A DNA stretch of 64,000 nucleotides. Source: an uncultured Alphaproteobacteria bacterium (lineage in GTDB: Bacteria > Pseudomonadota > Alphaproteobacteria > RF32 > CAG-239). Under the pieces are notes generated by a model that was not told the origin of the DNA, did not search any database, and saw nothing but the letters and a program-made list of their open reading frames with translations. The translations under genes were made by a program, and so were the position numbers. The stretch covers positions 123,136 through 187,135 of the forward strand of contig CAJTMA010000002.1 of NCBI GenBank assembly GCA_910577205.1. The letters run 5' to 3'. This document shows, piece by piece, positions 57,198 through 64,000 of the stretch. Position 1 is the first letter of the stretch, and every line of letters begins with the position of its first letter.

Positions 57198-57893
57198 TTA
57201 AAACTCTATATCCGGTTCTATGCCGTATTCGCGGAGGGTTTGAATAATTTCTGCCAGATACAGGCGTTCCGTATAACTGATGATACCGTCAGACGCGCTG
57301 ATTTTCAGAGCTTCGCGAATCAGGTCTTCCACGTCTTCCGGGGTTTGGGTATTCAATTTTTTTACAGCAGCCAAGAAATCTTGTTCATTTGGCGTCAAAG
57401 CTTTCAGATAGCTACTGATGTATTGGTCACTCAAGATTTGTGTCTGCGGAAGGCGGTGCATAATGTAATCGCGCAGAGCCTGATTTTTTATCTGGTTAAA
57501 CTTATCCGTACATTTGGCCATAAATGTCAGGATTATCAAATTGTCTTTTATTGGGGCAAGAAGTTTAAAGTCAGAATCCTGTTTTCCGGAATCTCCGCTG
57601 CAAGCCTCCATTCCCTGACGGGACAGGTAATCACAATAATCGGCAATAAAAAGTTCCGCCGAAGCGTAAAATTTTTCATTGCTCAAATCCAGAAAATCTT
57701 TGATGTAGACGCTGTCAATAACCTGCGAGCGTTTTGTGCGATAGAAATACAAATCCAGAAAAACCAGATTGTCTTTCTGCCAGATGTTTTTTACCGCGAC
57801 ATTTTCTTCCCGCGTTTTTCCATTGGCGATTAAATGCACCAGCATATTATAAAAATGCAACGGACAGGACAGATGGCCGGTTTCCCCCATCAA
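57198..57893 (-). CDS. Hypothetical protein overlapping the mfd stop by 4 nt (ATGA); C-terminus weakly TerB-like
   Basis: 231 aa. ISASDGIISYTERLYLAEIIQTL segment. Confidence 0.5.
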   Translation of the reverse strand: MMGETGHLSCPLHFYNMLVHLIANGKTREENVAVKNIWQKDNLVFLDLYFYRTKRSQVIDSVYIKDFLDLSNEKFYASAELFIADYCDYLSRQGMEACSGDSGKQDSDFKLLAPIKDNLIILTFMAKCTDKFNQIKNQALRDYIMHRLPQTQILSDQYISSYLKALTPNEQDFLAAVKKLNTQTPEDVEDLIREALKISASDGIISYTERLYLAEIIQTLREYGIEPDIEF

Positions 57894-60800
57894 ATTACTC
57901 CCAACAGGCTGATAAGCTTACGCAGATAAGTTTTAATCGTATCGACGCGCACAGCATAATCCTCAAGATTTTTTTCAATAAACAGTTTCTGATCCGGGCG
58001 GATTTTAACAGCGCCAAACTGCTTGGTTACAAATTCTATCAGCTTATCCGGCGCGGCAAAAGTATTGTTATGAAAACTCATCAAAATGCCTTTGCCGCCG
58101 GCATCGATTTTTTCGACATTAGCCATCACCGCCAATTGTTTGATTTCGACGGTTTTCAGCAGGTTGTCCACTTCCGGCGGAAGCTTGCCGAAACGATCCA
58201 CCAATTCTTCGCGCATATCCAGCAATGCGGATTGTTCCTTAATTTCGCCGATACGTTTATACAGCCCCAGACGGACACCCAAATCTTTAACATAGGTTTC
58301 GGGAATCATAATCGGAATACCGGTGGTAATCTGCGGCGCCCATTCCGCGGCAGCTTGTTTGTCCTGTTCAAATTCTCCGGCTTTCAGACGGGCGATTTCT
58401 TCTTCCAGCATATGTTGGTATAACGCCACGCCGACTTCTTTGATATGCCCGGACTGTTCTTCGCCCAAGATATTTCCCGAGCCGCGGATATCCATGTCAT
58501 GGCTGGCCAAAGAGAACCCTGCGCCCAAAGTATCCAGTGCCTGCAAAATACTCAAGCGGCGCTCGGCAATAGGTTTCAAATTTTTCTGTTTGGGAACAGT
58601 AAAGTAACAATAGCCGCGCAGCTTGCCGCGCCCTACCCGGCCGCGCAGCTGGTATAATTGCGCCAGACCAAACATATCCGCCCGGTGGACAATCATGGTA
58701 TTAACCGAGGGCATATCAATACCGGATTCAATAATGGTCGTTGACAGCAGCAAATCGGCCTTGCCATCGGCAAAATCATTCATGACTTGTTCCAGTTGTT
58801 TCACCGGCATTTGCCCATGTGCCACCGAAATTTTAATATCGGGAACTAACTCCCGCAATTCTTTTTCCACACCGAAAATATCTGATACGCGGGGGCAGAC
58901 AAAGAACGTCTGGCCGTTACGGAATTTCTCGCGGTAAATAGCTTCTTTTATCATCACCTTGTCAAAAGGCATGACAAAAGTTCTGGCAGCCAAACGGTCT
59001 ACCGGCGGCGTACCGATAATGCTTAATTGTTTTACCCCCGTCAAAGACATTTGCAACGTCCGGGGAATTGGGGTTGCGGTCAGGGTCAGCACATGAACGT
59101 CAGACTTCAGGGATTTGAGTTTCTCTTTATGCGCTACGCCAAAGTGCTGCTCCTCATCAATAATCAATAAACCGAGATTGCAGAATTTTATATCCTTTGA
59201 CAACAGGGCGTGCGTGCCGATGACGATTTCAACCGAACCGTCAGCCAAACCGCGGCGGGTTTCTTCTGCCTCGCGCGGCGTAATCAAACGCGACAGCATT
59301 TTCACTCTGACAGGAAAACCTTCCATACGTTTTTTGAAGTTATAATAGTGTTGGCGCGCCAATAGTGTGGTGGGCACAATCAAAGCCACCTGAGCGCCGG
59401 ATACTGCCACGGCAAAAGCCGCACGCAATGCAACTTCGGTCTTGCCGAAACCGACATCGCCGCAAACCAGCCGATCCATCGGAGATCCCTGCCCTAAATC
59501 TTTTAATACATCGGTAATGGCATTTAACTGGTCATCGGTTTCGCTGTATGGAAACTTCGCACAAAATTCGTCATAAGTTCCTGATGGCGGGATGAAGACA
59601 TCCGCATCCTTCAAATGGCGTTCGGCGGCAATTTTAATCAGCTTTTCGGCAATATCGCGGATTTTAGCCTTAACTTTGGCTTTTTTGGCCTGCCATGCCA
59701 CGCCGCCCAAGGTATCCAGCTGGATGTTGTCGTCTTCCAGGCCATAACGGGACACCATATCGATATTTTCGACAGGAACAAACAGTTTGGCATCATTGGC
59801 ATAGAGGATTTTTAAGCAATCGTGGGGCGCTCCGCCGGCGGTAATATTTTCCAGTCCTAAAAATTTGCCGATACCGTGTTCGACGTGGACAACTAATTCA
59901 CCGACAGATAATGAAGAAACATCGGCAATAAAATCTTTGGCGGTTACTTTTTTAGTTGTCCGGCGGTTTTGCCTCTCGCCGAGAATATCCTGTTCGGAAA
60001 TCAAACACCAGCCATCCCCCTTAAAGCCATGCGGCAAATTCATAACGGTCAAGGCGGTTTTCTTATGGCCGGTTTTACTTAAAGCTTCTGCCCAATTATC
60101 GGCCAATGCCATATTATCTATGCCATACTCGCTCATAAGTGACGTTAAACGCTCGCGCGAGCCTTCGCTGTAGCAGCAGATAATGCGTTTTAATTTGCCG
60201 TTTTCAGACAGATAATCTTTCAAATCAGCATAAACCTGCGCGGCACTGACATTTTTGGCATTTGAGAAATCTCTCCCGGGGATGACGCCCGCAGAAACAT
60301 TGTCATCCGAAGCAGGCAGCGACATATTAGTAAAAGTTATTGCCCTGCGGCTGCGAAGAATATCTTTAAACTGTTTGTCATTCAGGTAAAACAACTCAGG
60401 GGCTATCGGGCGATAAACATCCGCCTCATTAACAGACTTAATGCTTAAGGCCTCTAACCGCGCCTGATAATAATCGGCAATGCTTTCTTCCTTAGACTTT
60501 ACGGCCTCGCGGACATTGCGCCCGACAATCACATAAGCTTGCGGTAGATAATCAAACAGCGTCGGCAGTGTTTCATCATAAAAAAACGGCAGCCAGTTTT
60601 CCATGCCCATATATTTCTGCCCGGATGAAATCGTTTCATACAATTCATCGGTTGTGCCGCCCGCGCCGAAAGCTTCGCGGTATTTGGCACGAAAGGTTTT
60701 AACGGTGTTGTTATCAAGCGCCACTTCGCCCATAACCTGAAAAGTATAACTTTTCAACTCGCCGGCAGTCCGTTGGGTCAAAGGGTCAAAAGTGCGGATT

Positions 60801-61369
60801 TTTTCTACCTCATCGCCAAAGAGGTCAACGCGCAGCGGCAATTCGCTGCCAACCGGAAAAATATCAAGGATATCACCGCGGACAGCATATTCTCCCGGTT
60901 CCATCACCTGCTCTACCCGATTATAACCGTTCACAACGGCATAGTGCACAAAATCGTTGAAATTTAATTCGCCGCCGACGCGGATGTTTTTCATGGAATT
61001 CAAAAAAATCTTTTTTAGCGGCAGCCGCTGGATGGCTGCTCCGGCACTGGCGATGATAATCCGCGGCTTTTTAGGATTAGGCTGCTGCGCCAGAGCGCTC
61101 AGAACGTTTACTCTGGCTGCGGTAATATTAACATTCGGCGACACGCGGTCATAAGGAACTGTATCCCAAGCCGGAAATTTCAAAACTTCCGCTTCCGGCC
61201 GGACAACCGACAGGATATGCGCCGTATTTTCCAGCGCAACGCCATCGCTGACAATGTATAAAATATCATGTTTTGATTTTTCCCACAGCGAAGCCAGCAG
61301 AAAAGCATCATAGCCATCCGGCACTGAGGAAACCGTGCAATTTTCAAGAGCGGAAATATCTTCTAACAT
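57890..61369 (-). CDS. mfd: Transcription-repair coupling factor
   Basis: 1159 aa. SF2 helicase motifs GDVGFGKTEVA, DEEQHFG and QLRGRVGR. TRG/CarD-like region. Confidence 0.95.
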   Translation of the reverse strand: MLEDISALENCTVSSVPDGYDAFLLASLWEKSKHDILYIVSDGVALENTAHILSVVRPEAEVLKFPAWDTVPYDRVSPNVNITAARVNVLSALAQQPNPKKPRIIIASAGAAIQRLPLKKIFLNSMKNIRVGGELNFNDFVHYAVVNGYNRVEQVMEPGEYAVRGDILDIFPVGSELPLRVDLFGDEVEKIRTFDPLTQRTAGELKSYTFQVMGEVALDNNTVKTFRAKYREAFGAGGTTDELYETISSGQKYMGMENWLPFFYDETLPTLFDYLPQAYVIVGRNVREAVKSKEESIADYYQARLEALSIKSVNEADVYRPIAPELFYLNDKQFKDILRSRRAITFTNMSLPASDDNVSAGVIPGRDFSNAKNVSAAQVYADLKDYLSENGKLKRIICCYSEGSRERLTSLMSEYGIDNMALADNWAEALSKTGHKKTALTVMNLPHGFKGDGWCLISEQDILGERQNRRTTKKVTAKDFIADVSSLSVGELVVHVEHGIGKFLGLENITAGGAPHDCLKILYANDAKLFVPVENIDMVSRYGLEDDNIQLDTLGGVAWQAKKAKVKAKIRDIAEKLIKIAAERHLKDADVFIPPSGTYDEFCAKFPYSETDDQLNAITDVLKDLGQGSPMDRLVCGDVGFGKTEVALRAAFAVAVSGAQVALIVPTTLLARQHYYNFKKRMEGFPVRVKMLSRLITPREAEETRRGLADGSVEIVIGTHALLSKDIKFCNLGLLIIDEEQHFGVAHKEKLKSLKSDVHVLTLTATPIPRTLQMSLTGVKQLSIIGTPPVDRLAARTFVMPFDKVMIKEAIYREKFRNGQTFFVCPRVSDIFGVEKELRELVPDIKISVAHGQMPVKQLEQVMNDFADGKADLLLSTTIIESGIDMPSVNTMIVHRADMFGLAQLYQLRGRVGRGKLRGYCYFTVPKQKNLKPIAERRLSILQALDTLGAGFSLASHDMDIRGSGNILGEEQSGHIKEVGVALYQHMLEEEIARLKAGEFEQDKQAAAEWAPQITTGIPIMIPETYVKDLGVRLGLYKRIGEIKEQSALLDMREELVDRFGKLPPEVDNLLKTVEIKQLAVMANVEKIDAGGKGILMSFHNNTFAAPDKLIEFVTKQFGAVKIRPDQKLFIEKNLEDYAVRVDTIKTYLRKLISLLGVI

Positions 61370-61453
61370 TTTTCTAATCTTACCATTTACTTTATATTGA
61401 AAATATATACAATAACCAATAAGTGCAACTGTTTTCTTGATTTAAGGATAAAA

Positions 61454-63535
61454 ATGCGGCCGCAGATTTTATTTCCGTTATTTGCCTCAATAAACTCGCT
61501 GAAAGGTATCGGCACTAAAACTGCCGGATTTTTATCCCGTTTGTGCGGTGAACGGGTGATTGACTTAATATGGCATTTGCCAGCCGGGCTGATTGACCGC
61601 ACTTATTGCCCCAAACTGGCCAATGCCCGTCCGAATGTGATTTGCACGATTAAAGTTAAGGTTATTGAACATATCGCGCCCAAAACCCGCAAACAGCCAT
61701 ACAGAGTGCTTTGCAGCGACGGGACTGACGATATCATGCTGATTTTTTTCAAAGCTTATCCCGATTCAATTCAGAAAAATTTACCCGTCGGGACTGAGCG
61801 GGGTATCAGCGGCAAGCTTGAAAATTTTAACGGCCAATGGCAAATGAGCCACCCCGACTACATTGTCCGGCCGGAAGAAATAGCCAGCGTGCTTGGCGTA
61901 GAACCGGTTTATCCGCTCACTGCCGGCATTAGCAATAAAATGCTCAATAAAATAATGAAACAGGCCTTGGCAGCCGTGCCAACCTTGCCGGAATGGCAGG
62001 ATGAACATTATTTGAAAACAACCGACTGGCCAAGTTTTAACCAAGCGCTCAAACTGGCGCACCATCCGGTCAAGCCAATAGATTTAGAACCCTCTGACCC
62101 GGCTCGCTCCCGATTGGCTTATGACGAACTTCTGGCTAATCAGCTGGCTTTGGCAATCGTCAGGGAAAGAGTTAAAAAGCAACAAGGGCGCGAAATTAAA
62201 GGCAACGGACTGCTGCGCAAAAAAGTTTTAGACACGCTGCCATTCAAGCTTACAGCCGCGCAGGAAAAGGTTTTGCAAGAGATTTTTGCAGATCAGGCTG
62301 CGCCTTACAGAATGCTGCGCCTGTTACAAGGGGATGTGGGCAGCGGCAAGACTATTGTCGCGCTGCTTACCATGCTTAATGCAGTGGAATGCGGCACGCA
62401 AGCTGCAATTATGGCGCCGACAGAAATCCTTGCCAAACAGCATTTGGAAACCATACAGCCGTTGTGTGAAGAAACGGGCATTCGCGCCGAATTGCTGACA
62501 GGACGGGTTAAAGGCAAAGCCCGCGCAAAAATTCTGGAAGATTTGGCAGACGGCCGCATTGATATTCTTATCGGTACTCATGCCCTGTTTGTGGAAGATG
62601 TCACATTTAAAGATTTGGCCTGTGTCATTGTTGACGAGCAGCACCGCTTTGGCGTTCACCAACGACTGGCGCTTTCCAACAAGGGCAATAAGGCTGATAT
62701 TTTGGTGATGACCGCCACCCCTATTCCCCGGTCGCTGGTTCTGACCGCATACGGCGATATGGAATATTCAAAAATTGATCAAGTTCCCGAAGGGCGCAAA
62801 CCGGTAGATACAAGAGTTATGCCCGTTGCCAAGATGGAAGTCGTGGTAGCTGCCCTGCAACGCAAACTGGCCGAGGGATGCCGCGCTTATTGGGTTTGCC
62901 CGCTGGTGGAGGAATCTGAAAAAAGCGACTTGGCTGCAGCGGAAGAACGCTTTGCCACGCTGCAAAAGCTGTTTGGCGATAAGGTCGGTTTAGTTCATGG
63001 CAAAATGAAAGAAAAAGACAAAGACGAAGTCATGGAACGGTTTAAATCCGGCGAACTCTCCCTGTTGGTGGCAACAACAGTGATTGAAGTGGGAGTAAAT
63101 GTGCCCGAAGCCACGGTGATGATTATTGAACACGCCGAACGCTTTGGCTTGGCGCAATTACACCAGTTACGCGGACGTATAAAACGCGGCTTTCAAGCCT
63201 CTACCTGCATTCTGCTGTATTCATACCCGCTCAGTGAAACCTCTCGTCAACGGCTGAATACCATGCGTGAAACTGAAGATGGTTTTGAAATTGCCGAAAA
63301 AGATTTGGAATTGCGCGGCGGCGGTGAAATTCTTGGCACAAGACAATCAGGGTTTAATGAGTTTTGTTTGGCTGATATGACGGTTCATAAAAATCTTCTG
63401 CTGACAGCAAATAAAGATGCCCGCATGATGTTAGAACTTGATCCTAACCTCAAAACCCCGCGCGGGGAAGCTTTGCGTATTCTGCTCTATTTATTTGAAC
63501 GTGATGATGCCGTCAAAACCTATCTTGCAGGCTGA
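61454..63535 (+). CDS. recG: ATP-dependent DNA helicase RecG
   Basis: GDVGSGKT, DEQHRFG and QLRGRIKRG motifs. AAGGA RBS before ATG 61454; the track start at 61397 lies further upstream. Confidence 0.95.
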   Translation: MRPQILFPLFASINSLKGIGTKTAGFLSRLCGERVIDLIWHLPAGLIDRTYCPKLANARPNVICTIKVKVIEHIAPKTRKQPYRVLCSDGTDDIMLIFFKAYPDSIQKNLPVGTERGISGKLENFNGQWQMSHPDYIVRPEEIASVLGVEPVYPLTAGISNKMLNKIMKQALAAVPTLPEWQDEHYLKTTDWPSFNQALKLAHHPVKPIDLEPSDPARSRLAYDELLANQLALAIVRERVKKQQGREIKGNGLLRKKVLDTLPFKLTAAQEKVLQEIFADQAAPYRMLRLLQGDVGSGKTIVALLTMLNAVECGTQAAIMAPTEILAKQHLETIQPLCEETGIRAELLTGRVKGKARAKILEDLADGRIDILIGTHALFVEDVTFKDLACVIVDEQHRFGVHQRLALSNKGNKADILVMTATPIPRSLVLTAYGDMEYSKIDQVPEGRKPVDTRVMPVAKMEVVVAALQRKLAEGCRAYWVCPLVEESEKSDLAAAEERFATLQKLFGDKVGLVHGKMKEKDKDEVMERFKSGELSLLVATTVIEVGVNVPEATVMIIEHAERFGLAQLHQLRGRIKRGFQASTCILLYSYPLSETSRQRLNTMRETEDGFEIAEKDLELRGGGEILGTRQSGFNEFCLADMTVHKNLLLTANKDARMMLELDPNLKTPRGEALRILLYLFERDDAVKTYLAG

Positions 63536-63677
63536 TTTGCAATACGCAAACTTCTGATAAATCTTAATATCTATTCCTTTTAGACCAATAAAAAATTGCC
63601 TCTCATTAATGATTGACAGATCGCAGATTGTGTGATAGCCTTATAACTGATATGGTTTCAGTTATAAGAGAGGTGTA

Positions 63678-64000
63678 TGATGAAAGTCGGTCTTCTTCTG
63701 GGCTTATCTGCTTTGGCAGGTATCGCTGCCACCATTATAGCAGGGACTGGTGACCCTTTATCATACCCACACCTCACACAACTAAATCAAAGCCAAACTT
63801 GTGAAACCTTATCTTTGGCAGACGGGATAACCCGTCTGCCTGCTTCAGCCTATAAAACTGCTAAGGTTCATTTTGTGGTCAATTCATCTGATAAGATGGG
63901 TTTTGATTACAAGGAGCAGGAGTTTAATCACGACAATATTAACCGTTGCAAAGCACTGGGTTTTAGTAAGACAGGTGCTTGCGCTGCCGGGCAGTATGCC
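63678..64000 (+). CDS. Secreted cysteine-rich protein (family member 3), 3-prime partial; N-terminal paralog of CDS 2781..4598
   Basis: MKVGLLLGLSALAGIAATIIA...SYPHLTQLNQSQTCETLSLADGITRLPASAYKTAKV closely parallels MMKVGLLSGLSAIAVTAAA...SYTHLAEQNQSQTFETLSLAGGVTRLPASAYKTAGV. Runs off the window end. Confidence 0.6.

Overview
Low-GC bacterial chromosome segment, most likely from an alphaproteobacterium. The conserved block plsX-fabH-ihfA-merR-like, together with rpmF-yceD, recJ, mfd and recG, supports that placement. The window contains about 55 protein-coding genes, one tRNA-Pro(GGG) and no rRNA, CRISPR array or recognisable transposase or integrase. Housekeeping genes dominate the right third (mfd, recG, recJ, plsX, fabH, rpmF, ihfA, ppa, pgpA, bamE-like). 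The rest looks accessory. There is a giant 2595-aa autotransporter with PATR-like repeats and an unusual N-terminus. A family of secreted cysteine-rich proteins has two near-identical N-termini in inverted orientation at the two window edges, plus a third Cys-rich gene with a duplicated 3-prime remnant and terminator module; one member carries about seven 93-bp tandem repeats. There is a bifunctional AdhE, a MATE exporter and a polysaccharide or LPS glycosyltransferase cluster. A tRNA-Pro is followed by a 2 x 214-bp tandem duplication that re-creates the tRNA 3-prime end, which looks like an att-site scar. Downstream of that scar lies an island-like block of translationally coupled unknown/hydrolase gene pairs: an unknown protein coupled to an FGase-family hydrolase, a divergent AnmK-like kinase, and an acyltransferase-like gene overlapping an AstE/AspA-family gene. 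The block ends with a flotillin and a truncated FtsK-like motor. Other candidates for little-studied systems are a Panacea(DUF4065)-like putative antitoxin next to a DUF192 lipoprotein, and a small alarmone hydrolase (RelA/SpoT HD domain) translationally coupled to a CgeB-like glycosyltransferase and an unknown gene. All calls come from reading the translations and motifs by eye; no database search was possible.
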